DNA of 64,000 bases from Felis catus (lineage: Eukaryota): the NCBI RefSeq assembly GCF_018350175.1, contig NC_058368.1, positions 137,704,001 through 137,768,000 of the forward strand, read 5' to 3'. Each line of letters opens with the position of its first letter. Within the stretch, counting starts at the first letter, position 1. This document shows positions 23,075-36,981 of the stretch, piece after piece. The notes below the pieces were generated by a model. That model was given only the letters and a program-made list of their open reading frames with translations, was not told the DNA's origin and did not search any database. A program made the position numbers and the translations under genes.

Positions 23075-24859
23075 ACCAGAGAGAGCCAGAGACCCAGAAA
23101 GAGAAATGCAAAAGACTTAAATGAAATGGATCAAAATAGACTCCAGTGACTAGCCCTGGGAACTGGAATCAGAGATAACTTTCATTCTGTTTGGGGGCCT
23201 TTTTGTGATTTCCAAGCTCCTTCCAATGAGCATGTTTCTCTTTAATGTAAAAAAAAAAAAAAATAAATAATAATCAATAAAATATGTTTAAAAAATTGCT
23301 TCTGATTCAAGATACAAAGATCTTGAACTCCATATCTGAAGACATAAGCTGACAGACTTCAGGGTTATTAAAAGCGGAGTTTCTCTTTGTGCTAGTATAT
23401 CCCTGGGGCCCAAAGGATCAGGGAGCACACACACACTCCCACACATTTTGTATACAGCTCACAGGGAGGAATAAAGACTTCTCCGTCCTAAACATATTTT
23501 CACAGTTCCAATGCCCCAGGCTGCAGTAACGGATGACAAAATAAAGGGCTCTTTACTGCTGACTTATGGCAAATTATTACTTTGTCATCAGTGGACACTG
23601 TCTACAAGGTCAATTCCAACTGTCACGGTACATTGCTTTATACCTTATGTGTGCTACCCAATGTGAGCCTAACCCAGTGGAAGCTGATGTGCAAGGTTGC
23701 TGGCTTTCATTGTATTGGTTGTTTCAGGAGCCGTGATCTCCAGATTCTGGGCCATTCTCACGCCTGGAAGAGGGAGAGCTGGGAGAGCATCCAGAAATTT
23801 GCTCCAGGCATCTTGTTCCATCCACATCAGGAAGCTGGCTGCACAAGGTCTTCTCTGCAGACATTTCTGTTTCCTTGGCATGTGTCCTTTGGATCGCTTT
23901 GTGGGTAAAAGGTACCCTTGGAGGCAGCCTCCAGATAGTTATCCTGGCCCGCTGCCTAAAACTGTGTGCTGCATTTGTTCCTCTATTTGAAGACCCTTGA
24001 AGCAGAGGTTTAGTTAGGTGACCAAGATCCTTTCCACAGAAATGCAAATGCCTCAAATAGGGTTACGAGCCATCCGCCATTCTGACCTGATCACAAATTT
24101 GTTCAATCAGGTGTCTAATACCTAAACAGCTAGATTGAGGAGTGAGAATTGTGATGATCTGTAAAGGGAGCAAAGTGGCAGGGAGGGCTAGAAGGACACA
24201 GCTTGAAGATTAAGGAAGCAGGTGGGCATTCTGGGGGTGAAGAAAGAGGCAGGCTTAGGGAGCTAAGGAGCAACTCCCCCCTCGCCTCAAACCTCGAGGC
24301 CACCTTCCTCCTTCCACTTAGCTTTCTTTCAGCTGTTCACTACTATTCCCTCACTACACGCTGCCCCTGCCCCTGCCCCTGCGGCCGCCTGAACCCTGCC
24401 CACCCAGTCTACCCACGTCTCCCAGTGTCCTTCCATCTGGTGCCAAGTCTTCTGCCTGCTGGATCCCACCTCCACTGCCTTCCAAGCGACCTCAGTCTAG
24501 CTCGAGCGACATTGTGACAAAATGCAATGGAAACATTGGTTCTTGGCTTATTTGACCTTTCTAAAGCCCTTGACCCTAGTGAGCTCTTTCTGCTTTCTTG
24601 GATCTTTTTTCTTGGCTTCTTTGGTCCTACTCTCCTTGGGTGACTGGCTCCCTTCTCACTAGCCTCATGCAGATGCCTCCCATGTCTGTACTCTAAGCCC
24701 AGACCGCCCTCCTGAGCTGCATATCCCTACCCAACTCTCTACACAACAACCTACATCTCACAGACCTGTCAGTCAACATTTCCAAAATGGAAGCCATCAC
24801 ATTCTCCCCCTTACCCCCATCAGCCTGCTGTCTCACATACTGTGGACTCTGTCTACACA

Positions 24860-25176
24860 GATGCCTCTGATTGGAGAGGGCTTCTTTCCCCCTTGACCCT
24901 CTGATCCCCCTCACTTAGCTAACCATTATTCACCCTTTAGGTCTCATGTTAGATGTCACCTCTTCTGGGAAGCCTTCCTTCATACCTCAAGTCTGAGTCA
25001 GGGGCTCCTATGATTTCAGAAGCTCCCACTTAGAATTCTTTATTAAATCATCCATCTTCCCCATTAAAATATTTGCTCCCCAAGGGCAGGGCTCTTTCAG
25101 TCTTGCCCATGACAACCCTTCACCCCAGCATGATGTGTGGCACACAGGATACTCAATAAAAAATGCATTTATTTGA
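24860..25176 (+). mobile_element. L2 3' region
   Basis: tagatgtcacctcttctgggaagccttcc...ctccccaagggcagg...gtggcacacaggatactcaataaa. Confidence 0.7.
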
Positions 25177-25373
25177 GGGGCGCCTGGGTGGCTCAGTCAG
25201 TTAGGCGTCAAACTTTAGCTCAGGTCATGATCTCACACTTCGTGGGTTTGAGCCCTACGTCGGGCTCTGCACTGACAGCTCAGAACCTGGCGTCTGCTTC
25301 AGATTCTGTGTCTCCCTCTCTCTCTCTGCCCCTTCCCTGCTTGTACTCTCTCAAAAATAAATAAACATTTTTT
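25177..25373 (+). mobile_element. Can-SINE
   Basis: ggggcgcctgggtggctcagtcagttagg; TSD aaaaa(t/c)gcattt(at/tc)ttga. Confidence 0.95.
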
Positions 25374-26865
25374 AAAAACGCATTTTCTTGAGGAAATGAA
25401 ACATCCACTTCCAACACTCAGGCACCCAGCAAAGGTGGAAGTGTCACTTTTCTCTGCCTAGTCTCCTGTCCCCATAATTCCTGTTCAGAAGGTTGGGGCT
25501 CCATTACCCAGGTGAGCATCCTTTGACCTGCTCTTTAGCTTAATCATGGGCTGTGTAGCCTTATGTGTGCCCATCCCACATTTTTTCCACCATGTATGAC
25601 AATTTTTTTTTTCTATGAGAAAATGTATTCTTAGTTCCTACCGCTGGCTTCAAATGAGCTTTTGTACTAAGTTGAGTACTATCTCCGCCACATGTAAATA
25701 TGGATCACTCAGCGCAAACACATTCTATGTTGGTTTCTCCAAGTAAAATAAATAACCTTGCCACAGGATAATTCTTAAAAGCAATTTGGCTTATGTCTTA
25801 GTCTTTGTTTTCCTTTTTGGAGTCCAACTCTGCTGAAGCAAAAATACTCCGTTCCAATAGGGTCATTTCAAAAATTCATTTTTAAAGTTCCAAATGCTCC
25901 ATAGTTTTTCCTTTTGCTTTGGCTGGTTAGGAGGATTTTATAGGTCCAAATACATATACTTCTACGCTGTAATTAATGCTTATGGCTACATTATGAGAGA
26001 AAAAAATAGTTTATTAAGTTTATACAAATGAGTCATATGATTTCCCCAACTGTAGCCACAACACACAGCATCCTGAACTACAGGCCATCTGTGCATCTCT
26101 TTCAAAAGGTTGGGTATGGCATTTTAGCAGCAAATTTGAAAACAACAGAGCCACACTCACCACCATGTTGGCAAAAGATCTGTCCTGAGCCCTTTCTTTC
26201 TCAGCTGCTATATCAAAGAACAGCAGCTGCATATGAGATCCTGTTAAGCATACCATTTAAACCAATGAGGGGGACAGGGAGATATCATGGCAACTCTTTG
26301 GCCAAAGAAAGGTATTCCTTGTGGGAATAATAAGAGAAGTGTAAAGAAAATGGAGGGAGTCAGTGGTCTGCGAAGAGACAGATTCTGGCTCTCTTTGCAG
26401 CCTTTGGGTAAGATTTGCTCTTGGCATCACATGAACGCCCCTCCTCCAACAGAGCTTTCAAGAAAGTGCCTCATCACGCTGCTCAGATAACCATGGCCTG
26501 TTAGCCCCAACTTGGAGAATGCTCTCGAAGCACTTTTGCTTTCTCTCTCACTTTTTGTGTTCATTTTGCAAGAGTGTGCTCTTGACCTGGATTTGCTTTT
26601 CATCTTCATTTTGTTCTCTGGGGTAGACAACTATATGGACTATAGGTCAAAGGCCAGGACCCTGTCTTATTTCTCCATGTCCCTGCGATTTCTCCCCTCT
26701 ATCCTCTGTGGATCCCAACTGAAGATTTCTCTTTAAATCTCCGATTGATCACAATGATGAAAGAGGGCTTCCAGTTCCCTTTATTCAACTGAGGATTTCC
26801 TGTTTTGTCTTCTGTGGCCCCCTGCATCATGCTGAATGTAGTGAGTGTCGCATCACTATTGAAAT

Positions 26866-27046
26866 CAGTGCTACTTGGTGCGGTCCAGGGATCAGCTGCA
26901 TTAGGCTTACTTGAGAGCTTGCAAGAAATGAACATTCTCAGGTCTCTTACTAAACCTACTAAATCAGAATCCCTGAGTGGGGGAGGGGCCAGAAATCTGG
27001 AGGTTGACCAGCTCTCCAGGGGATTCCTACACTGTGAGAACCACTG
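26866..27046. mobile_element. MER5A hAT DNA transposon
   Basis: cagtgctact...acctactaaatcagaatccctg...tgagaaccactg with cagtg/cactg termini. Confidence 0.8.
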
Positions 27047-29489
27047 TCTCAACTGCTAGCTGAATGAAAGAAGGGGCAGTGGTGGGGAATTATTTGTGCT
27101 CTTTGTAGTTCCCAACGGAGAGGGAATCAAATACCCAGGTAACAAGGTTCTCCTGGCCGAAGAGACAGCAAGTCTGCCTGAAGTCCTACACAGATAATTA
27201 TTCAAAATCAGCAGCTTGGTCCTTAGACCAAGCTTTACCCACTGGGAGCTTTCTCTTAAAAGTCCCCAAGTTTCTGTTCTTTCCCCCCACGGCGCCCCCA
27301 GCCCCACAACCACTTTGCAGCAACCAGTCTGATGCGCTCACTGCCTGTCTAGGCCACAGCTTCACCTTTGCCTGTACCCATTTGTAGGTTCCTGAATCTC
27401 CAGCAATCTAGAAATGACCAGCACCCCCTTCCAAGGCTGGGCTCTGCCAGTGAACACTGGATACGTGCAAAGTTTCATTAACCACCAGCCCCCCAACCTC
27501 TTCTGCCCACTGCTGCCCATGGCCTGAGGAATCCTGTCTTGGTGACTGCCTGACCCACAGCTGGGCACACAGCCACCAAAACTCAGAAAGCAATAGGCCC
27601 CTTCCTCAGTCTCTGCTCTAACAATTTTCAAACTGTTTAGGACACCTCCACAGAAAATAAGAGCAGTGTTTTATTCCTGTGAATGCATTTTGAAGTTAAA
27701 AAGAACTTAAATTATAGGCTATCCTGTGAGTATAATAAGGCTATTCTAACCACCCCCCCAAACTGAACTTAGGTGGATAGGATCAGTCAGGTCTGCCTCT
27801 GCACCTAGTCTCTCTCTGGACTAGTTGGTTGCACAATATTGAGAAGAAAAAATGTGCACTCAGATAAGTAGTTGCACATGGTAACAATTGGGTGTGGTTT
27901 TTTTTTTTAAAGATAACTTTCTTTGCAACCTCAGGGTACTGTTCGATTAGACAGATGGCAAGACAGCTTTATTACAAGGTTTCCCCGCAAAGAGGTGTTT
28001 ATATGGCCTCATAATGAACACGTCGGCAGTCCTTAGCGGGTTAAAATTTGGCACATGTCATATTTGATTGTGTCTGTTTTTTTATATACAGTTGGAAAAA
28101 CACTTTAATGAAATTTAAATCAAATGTCTGGAAACTCTAAAAGCCTTTGCAGCCCTCAGGGCTCTACGCAGCTCGAATCACTTCACAGATGACAGACCAA
28201 GATGAAGTCACTTACTCAGGTCCGATGGCTTTTTGGTGTCAGGGCCGGCTGCATCTCAGGTCGCCTGACTCCCGTGTGCCCGTGGACATCCGAGACCCCA
28301 TGCAGACGCCGAGCGCCTTGAGCTCTGGGCCGAATCTTCCAGAGCGGGAGCTCTGTTTATCCTGCTTAAATGAATTACAGAATGGAATTTCCCCAGAGCC
28401 ATCTCTCATCTGCAGCCGGAGGGTGCCGGGCCGGGAGGGCTGCACAGGAATGAAGATCCTGCTACGCGACTCTGCCTCTTCCTGGTGTCTGACCATGAGC
28501 CGGCACACGCAGTCCTCTTAAAATAACACGGTTTTCCTTTCCGGCAGCCCGGGTTTGGCGCGCTCACGGAGCTCTGCTCGGCGATGCTTTCATCAGGCCG
28601 CGTCCCAGAAAGCACTTGCTCATTTAGATGAAGGGCATCTGGCACGTGCTCAATTTAGCTAACAAAGATATCATTCCAGCAATGGGGGGGGGGGGGGGGA
28701 GGGCAGGGAGACAGGGCAGAAAGATGGCGGGGGAGGGGGGGGGGGGCTGGGAGGAAAAGCAGATCCATCCTGGCATCCACGGCTGGTCTCGGAGACCACA
28801 GGCTGCATCGCACAGACCCTTTCCCCCAGGAGCTCGCTGGTCTGAGAATAGCAACCCGGGGAGCAAGCCTTAACAGGGTGAGGGCAGAGGGTTCTTGAAG
28901 ATGGCACTGCTCTAGCAGGGTCGCCGCCTGATGGGAGGAAGGTCACAAACCCTTTTCTGTACTTCGGCGGCCTGTGGCTTCTCTTCGGGAGAACTTGCCA
29001 CAGCCTGTGATGGGGGGATCGCCCTCTGCTCGGAGCTGAAACTCTGCCCACCTCCACACAGCTTTGGAGATTAAACACGTTTCAGGCATGTCTGTCATCA
29101 GGAGAGAGAAATTCAGCCACGCAGGCCCCAGACCGCTCACCCAATAAAGCCCCTCGGGTCTCCTAGCAACTTGCGGAGCTTGGATTTTTCCAACTACTTT
29201 TGCAAGGTGGAATTTAATTTTAAAAAATAGGAGGCCCTGTCGGTAAGACCAAAAGGGCTGGAACACAGAGGTTTAGAGGACGTGGATCCCTCTAAGTGCC
29301 CCCCATTTTATGAGGAAAACTAGCCCGGGGCTGATGGTGATTTATTCTTTACTTCCTGTTAGAATTAGAATCAAATGGATTGCTTTAATATTTTTGTCTC
29401 TCACAAAGAAAAGTAATAAGTCTAAGAAGGCTGCATGCTGCTATGTTCAAGCCTAACCTTTCTCACATAATCGCCCCACAGAAGATACT

Positions 29490-29961
29490 GCTGGTTGATT
29501 CCCCAGTATAGGTTCTCTGCTCCCTTGCCAGAAGGAATGACTGGCAATGTGCTCAGGTGAAAATACTCACATCCCCAGACTCCTCTACACATTGGAGCAG
29601 CCGTGTCACCCAATTTGGCCTAATGACCTGTAAGCAAAGTCTACAGGATGGGGGCTTCTGATGAAAATAGACTCGGATAATATGGGAATTTTGCATGTCT
29701 TTTTCTCTTCTTCTTGGTAGGAATGATGGCTGGAGGCTGGGCAGCCACTCTGCAACCATGAGGATGAAACCCACACACGACGAATGGTGGAATAAACAGC
29801 CAAAGGTCCGGAGGTCCTTGATGCCTACCTTCAACATTTATAACAGCTCTTCATGGCTTGTCTCAAAACTTCTCCTTAACTAAGCAAAATGAAATCCACT
29901 TGGTTAAGACTTTGTGTTTTGATTTCTCTTACATGCAGCGAAACGCACTGCTAACCAATAC
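29490..29961 (+). mobile_element. MLT1J/K-like MaLR LTR
   Basis: gtcacccaatttggcctaatga, gcagccactctgcaaccatgaggatgaa, ttacatgcagcgaaacgcactgctaaccaatac. Confidence 0.65.
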
Positions 29962-30564
29962 TCTTTCAAAGCACAATCTTCGCACCATCACAAGGAATGC
30001 TCCTGTCCGGCTCGTAGAACAAGATTCTCTTTCCTCCTTTCACAACATGAGGGAAGTGAGGCAGGTGGGAAATCATAAAGCGAGCAACTTCCCTTTTTAC
30101 CGAATCAAATTCTGCCTCTCAGCCCTTAGCTTCTGAAACCTCTCAGCAGTGTTTGAGCCACTGGCTACTTCCTCTCCCTTGAAATTTTCTCCTTCTTTAT
30201 TTCTGTGATACTATCTTTCCATGCTTTGTTGGCCCACTTTCTAGGGTATCTGAAAGGCTATATAAGATTTTAACAGGGCACAGGTGGTGGAGCTAAGGGT
30301 TTAAAATCCTTAGGTCGAATGTAAAACTAACCCTTTAATCCCTAAGGGTTGAATCAACGGGGTTTCAGTCATTTCCAAATTATTTCCCCATGTTTACTCT
30401 ATGGGTACTTAACTGTCCTTTAGATAGTAGGTCATTTATTCGTTCAGTGAGTTTTTATTATGTGACTGCTGTGTGCCAGGGCTGTGAAAAGTAGTGTTAA
30501 AAACAAACCCTAAGGGTAAGGAGTTCTCATCTGAAACAAACTGGGTAAACATGATTTCATTTTC

Positions 30565-30794
30565 TTTTTTTTTTTTTTAATTTTTTTTTTCAACGTTTAT
30601 TTATTTTTTGGGACAGAGAGAGACAGAGCATGAACGGGGGAGGGGCAGAGAGAGAGGGAGACACAGAATCGGAAACAGGCTCCAGGTTCTGAGCCATCAG
30701 CCCAGAGCCTGACGCGGGGCTCGAACTCACGGACTGCGAGATCATGACCTGGCTGAAGTCGGACGCTTAACCGACTGCGCCACCCAGGCGCCCC
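30565..30794 (-). mobile_element. Young SINEC_Fc-type SINE
   Basis: Near-consensus; perfect 17-bp TSD aacatgatttcattttc at 30548-30564 and 30795-30811. Confidence 0.98.
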
Positions 30795-33700
30795 AACATG
30801 ATTTCATTTTCAAACTGATAGAGGAAGGACATCATTTGCATACTCACACTGAAAGGATTATTTCCGGGTCGAACACAGTATGTGTTAGGCAGCAGCTCCC
30901 CCTGGCATCCTTCCTCCTGAGAGGGAGGGCATTACACCCAGGCCCAGACTGATAGCTCCTCACAGCCCCTAGAGGGGGTTCTGGGGGTTCCGCTCCCGAA
31001 TCTCCTGAATCTGTCTTCTCTGGGCAGTCTGTGAGATGACATCCCCAGAACGTTTCCCGGCTTCTCTGATTAAACCCAAGCACTCCAAAGTGAAATGTTT
31101 AGGGAAAACAAAACCAAAACCAAAAACAACCCAACCTACAAATGTAAGGAATTGCTCATATAACTTTGCTCCTTTTAGAGCCTGGACCTCTCACCCTTGT
31201 TCTCTCCCCCTTGGACAGGCACAGTACAGTGTTGCACTTGCAAAAATACTGGGGTGATCTGGGAGAACTCTTCCCTATACACAGAAATGGGTGTGATGGT
31301 GTCCAGTCCCAGAATCCTTTACTCCTTGCAAAGCTACAAACCCACCGGTAGCTTCCCTCCTGGGACAGTAAAAGAGGCTGCCTTCCAACTCTTTATGACC
31401 AGTCCTGGTGCCTGTTCTTGATTCTACGCCCTGCCTCTTCCTGGGTCTTCCTCCCATTGGTCTTCCTCTTTCCTGTATCTTTGACCTCTCTTCTTTGTGA
31501 CTAGCTCTTTTTCATCAGCATTTAAACACACTCAAAATCTCTTCCAGTTGCAGGAACATATGGAATGGATTGATTGTGTTATAAATTTTGGATGAGGATG
31601 GACCTCTGAGCTGTTCAGTTGCTTCTTGTACATCTGAAAAAGTGCTGGGTCTTCTGGGGGTTGTAGGCCCATTAGCGGATCACTTTTGTACTGAACATTC
31701 TGCAACATTTTTTCAGTTACTGGCACCAGATCACTCCCTCGGTGGATAAGCACTCTAGCTTCTCTGGAAAGGCCTCTGATTCCCCATGTGTGGAATGTTG
31801 CTCCTCTCCCATTACTGAGCGTGATGGACAGAATGGATGGTGATAGAAGCTGCTGGAAGGCTGCGTACCGCACACCATTTCCTCCACTCTGACATTTCCT
31901 TGAACACGAGTCTTCAAGACATGTTGGTTCCATACACCAACAATCCCTCAGCAGGGGCTGAGGGGATGTCTGTGTATCTAGTCCCCTGTAAACGAGGGCA
32001 CTTAAATGTGTGCTTTACGTCTAAAGACCAGATGAATAAAAGGGCAGTGTTAGGAAAAGTGGCTGAAAAATTCACAAAAGTTATTTCTATTTTCCTTATA
32101 GAGATGTCCGTTAGTATTTTTTGAAATCATCCTTCAGAATTAAAAGACGAATTTCTTCACTTGAATCCATATGAAGGAAATCTGATACATTAAAACAAAA
32201 AAACAAAAACCGACCTTGTTCCTTTACCTGGAAAGCCAGCTGCATCTTGCTGGGACTCCTTAGCTGTGGAACATGCAAAACAACAGTGCCTGAGGTGGGC
32301 TTCATTCAGGTGAAAGCTTCTGGGGGCTTTCAGGCGGACAGGAATAAAAATTTGGGTTAGAAGTTGGCCAAGCTACAGGGTTTTTGAAGAACCCAGACGA
32401 CCTCCATTTCCCAGGGGCGTGGTCTCAAGTCTCATCTGAAACAGGAAACTGCCTGTAGGACCGCCCCATCCAACATCATCACCGAGTGCTCCACCACGCC
32501 CCTTCTCCCACCAAAGGATGCCAACCCACAGCCTGGCAAACCCCACCTAAGCGGGTCTGCTAATGTGTTCGATTGTGTTGAAAGTCAAAACGGAGGTCTG
32601 AGCAAACAATTCACTTTGAAAGACACCGGGAGAAGCCCGAGAGAAGATCCCTGCAGTCTGTTACAGATAGAGGGGACAGCTTTGGACAGCATGCTTGTTT
32701 ATTCATGTCTCAGGTGGGGGTGGGCGAGCGCATCTGTGGGCGATCTTTCGGCCTTTGTCCAGATGTGAGTGCGGGCTTTGTTGATAACGAGTGACTTTGA
32801 CGTTGAGGTCACAGTGTGTGCACAACCTCTGGTGTATGTTTGTCTAGGCTGAAAGGACACACTGATGTCTGTTCGCACACATTATCTTGACCCTTTCCTG
32901 TAGCCACTCAGTGCGCTTGGAAGGGAGAACAGCTCCTTGAATGTTTTTCATGCCTTTTCCTGTGTGCTCCTCCCACGCCTACTCAGGCCTCTCCCGGTAC
33001 ATCTTGATCTCCATCTACCCGTCTCACTGGATTCTGGACCATGCCACCCCCTTTGCAAGTTCTCCTTTCTGGATCAAGCCACTCAAATCCACTTTTTTTT
33101 TTGATGCCAGGGGTGGGACTGACTTGCTTTAGGTTTTGACAGTAAGAAACCCTGTTGGTTCTAGCACTCCCTAGTGCCTATTTCCCAGATGGAACTTTCC
33201 TGGGGCAGAGGGAAAAAAGAATCGGATTCCTTTTGCTACATAAATAGATGCGACACTCAAACTCAGAGAATTTCTTGAACATTTGTGGGCTTGTGTAATC
33301 ACCTCTGAAGTCCAAGTCACTAAAGCTTTCTGATTAACTTCTTGTATGCAGTAACTTTAATGCCTTAAAAAAAAAAAAAAAAAAACGAAAAGAAACAAAG
33401 AAATGAAATACTTCGCAGTCCCGGCAACCTACTGAGATTTACTAAGATTCTGGGGAGGATTACTTCCCTCTGATGACATTGAGGCCTTTGCTTTGTCAAG
33501 AACTGCTGGCAGCTGAGGGTTTCGCAAACGGAATTCAGAAGGAAGGAAAATATTTCGTGATGGCATCACTCTGAGCCAAGCACAGCATTCGCTAAATGGC
33601 TGCCCTGTAGGGTCAGCATGGACACAACCACGGGCGGCATTTACCAAATCTGTCAACAGAGGGCAAAGGGGTGCCAGCACAGAGGACGCTGACCCCGTCA

Positions 33701-35249
33701 CCAGTGTTTGTAAGTGACAACCAGCCTGCAAATATCAGCCCGTGGGATGACTGCAGCGCTGAAGCAGTGCGAATGTGAGGGAACGTGAGGGTAGGGAGAT
33801 CGTGGGACATTCCTACAGAGGGTTGGGGAGGGAGGGGTTTTTGGCAGAACCGAGGGTCTCAACCCAGTCCTGCTGGTTTGGAAGAGAAGTGGGTTTTCTA
33901 TGTAAACTGACCCCTGGGGATGGGAGAAGAGAGAACAGAAACCTTAGCCAGGGAGGGTTTCTGACCTAGGTGTAGTTCAGCCCAGGGGGAGCTGCAGAGC
34001 TGGGGTGGGGCTCCCTGACTCGTCAAACTGCCCAGTGGGCACCAGCCTGGGTGGAAACGAACAAGTCAGTTGGCCCGTGAAACAGTTCTCCTTCGTGCCG
34101 GCCATGCTGAGGGGATTCTGCCCCTAGGTAGCGTAGTCAGTCCCCGGGCAATCCCCAGACACAGGTAACAGCTTGGCTCCAGTGAGAAATGGCTGGCTTC
34201 ATGTTTCCCCCCAGTATGACTTCCTGTACATCCGTGAGGGGCCCTGCCCACTCCCCTGCAGAGCTCGGGAGCCGAGCTGGGAAGGAAAAAACAAGGCTGA
34301 TTCATGTTTGTGATTAACTTCTCACCGAATGCTGTAATCCCAGACGCAGAACCGGCCCAGCTGTCAGGGCTTGGCTGGGGACTCCGCTCTCCGAGGAAGG
34401 GCTGGTGGCCTCGGGTCCTGCAGCAAGCCCGCTCCAGCCAACCTGCCATCACCACCCTCTGATGGCTGTGTCTCAGATGTCACCCCCCTTCTGCCCCTTC
34501 TTCTGCCTCCACGGTCGGGTCTCTCCCTTCACATAACCTTACGGCATCCTCTGTGCCTCCTTCACGGTACTTGCCTTTCCCACACCTTGACTCGAAGGGG
34601 ACAACCACGTTCCCCTTCTCGGAGGTGCCCAGCCGGACACCAGGCACAGGTGAGGACTCAGTAAACCACAAAGAACGGAACAGCATGGGATGACCTCCCT
34701 GAAAGACTGCACTGGATAGAAGAGAAGCCCAAAGCAAATTCCAGCCGCTTGACTGCAGCTCAGCTGGCCTGGGCTGGGGCGGGGGGGGGGGCGGGGGGAG
34801 TGTGCAGTGTAGACGTGACCTCCCTCTGCTTTTCTCAACAATAATCCCAGCCCCTTGTTATGATAAACTACTTGCTCCTTGCTCGGCAGTACATTCAGGA
34901 ACTGGACTTCTGCCAAGGAAAACTCAGGAGCAATGGTAGGGACTATTGAAATAAATTAATGGCCTATGATAAATACAGGAAAAACAGTGCTAGGTAATAC
35001 GCTTATACACCAACAAGAATCACATGGTTATTTGAGAGGAAGAGGTTTTACATAAATATGTATGATTTTAAGTAATAAGGCTGATTTTTTTTTTAAATAA
35101 AAAAGTAATTCACAACCTATTTAGCCAAGTAAATACTGGCCCTTCAAAGTTGACATCAATAATGCAGAATGCTATGACTGCCTAAAAACAGCCCTGTTCC
35201 TTTTGGAGGTCTTCAGGGCTAGTCCAGGAGGGACATCAGATACATGACT

Positions 35250-35520
35250 TCATAGTTACGCTTTTTGGCTTCAAGTAGCAAATGAGATCACTCACCCTGA
35301 TTATTGGCCTGATTCGCCAGACGTGGCTTTGAACTATTTTTGACGTTTTCCAAAATTTAAACCCACCTTCAGAAAAACAAGCCTTTGCTGCTTCGCAGGC
35401 ATGCAAAAAAAAGAAGGTACTGTAAGTTCTGGAGTTGCAGAGAAAGATTCCAAAGCTGTTGTGAGCAAGAAAAATGTCAGCGTCAACCTCACAGGTAACC
35501 ACTGCAAACACGCAAGTTCT
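35250..35520 (+). mobile_element. Ancient mariner transposase remnant (MARNA-like)
   Basis: From 35308 the frame reads PDSPDVALNYF*RFPKFKPTFR, matching the mariner motif PYSPDLAPxDF(W/H)LFPKIK; downstream gattccaaagctgttgtgagcaa resembles FQKCFEQ. Confidence 0.7.
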
Positions 35521-36744
35521 AATTTCTTTGTTTGGAGATCTGTCATGTCACTTTAGAATCAGACTTCATACTTGCTCCTCTGCGGAGACTGTCATCAGGT
35601 TCCGTTTGCACAAGATAGTTGACCCGCATCAAGGAATTTCAACTTTGAATACCAGACCGGCTATGACATTTGGATCAGTGGGAGCCTTTGCAAATCAGTA
35701 CAAAAACCTGAGCAGCCCACACAGGTGTTTCCCCAGCTGGCCACCCTGTAGGAGACACATGGCGTGAAATAACTAAAAGCAGCCTTTTTACTTCTAACCT
35801 GGCGTAAATCACCCTGACTCGATTTTGAGGGGGTTAGAATGTGCAGGAGTGACTGGGCTGGCCCCAGCATCAAGCAGCTAAGTGATAACCTTGCTGCTCT
35901 CCGTGTAGAGTTTAGGGCTGGTTTTTGCCCTCGTGACAGTAGAATGCCACGACTCACTTCCAGATGAGAGTCAAAACACTCCCAGCACTAACTCTGTGCT
36001 TGACGCAAATCAAACCCCAAATGCCCGGTGTGTGAGGAAAGGCTCTGGGTAGTGCACTTCGGGAGACTGAGCTGGGCAGAACTTCTTGTCACCCACGCTT
36101 AATTCATGCTGCCCCAGGAGGAGGTCGAGCTCTTGTTTTTCCCCCTCTCCCTTCCTCTCCTTCCTAAGAAACCAGCAGTGAAAGGGCAGTAATTTACCGT
36201 GTAAATCTCCATCTGTTTGCGAAGCTAAATTCTTGCCTTCCTGCTCCCCCCTAAGGCGGTGGGGACAGCATCTCCCAGTTCCCCAGCACCCCCGGGACAC
36301 CCCGGCCCTGGGAAAACCTGCCTGCCCTGCCACCCTCTGTTTGGGGTCCACGTCTAGACTGCAGGTGACATGGGCGTGCACAGCTCTGGCCACATCTTTC
36401 CTGGAGAGCGAGCAGATACACCAACACTCCTTGGCAGAAAGAGGTGCTTTTCTTCCCTCACCGCAGGAGGATAAGTTGCACAGAAAGGCCATGCACAGAA
36501 GGACCACAAAAGTGGCCTTGGCCATGAAACCTGTAAGGGGACATAACACCTTTATGAAGCCCAAGTGCCCCTAACCTGAACTGTAACATAGCCAGGGACA
36601 GGGCAGTTCTGGTCAGCAGTCCTACCGCCCACAGTTCTGTAGGGATGACACTAAGATTCTGAGATTTTCCATGGGTTAGTTGGGGGGGGGGTGCGGGCGG
36701 TAGATGGAAACGGGGCCTCTAAGGGGCTTCCATTCCACTTAGGA

Positions 36745-36981
36745 TGGTTACAAGCATAGATTCTGACACCAGAGTGCCTGGGTTTGAATCTGGGCCCTAC
36801 CACAGTGTGAACTTTGGGCAACTTGTTTAATCAGTTTGTGTCTCAATTCCTCTTGGTAGAAAGGGTAGAGAAATAGCACCTTCCATATAGGGTCGCTGTG
36901 AGGATTAAATAATTGAATATATACCCAGGCTTAGAACAGGGTTGGACACATAGGCTGTGCTCTATGAGGGTGGGCTATTAT
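36745..36981 (+). mobile_element. MIR, near full length
   Basis: agagtgcctgggtttgaatctgg...ttgggcaacttgtttaa...atagggtcgctgtgaggattaaat...cttagaacag. Confidence 0.85.

Noticed and set aside
30290..30520. Three copies of ctaagggt, including two ccctaaggg dyads (EBF-like)
   Set aside because: Short and lacking the full TCCCnnGGGA consensus; compatible with chance
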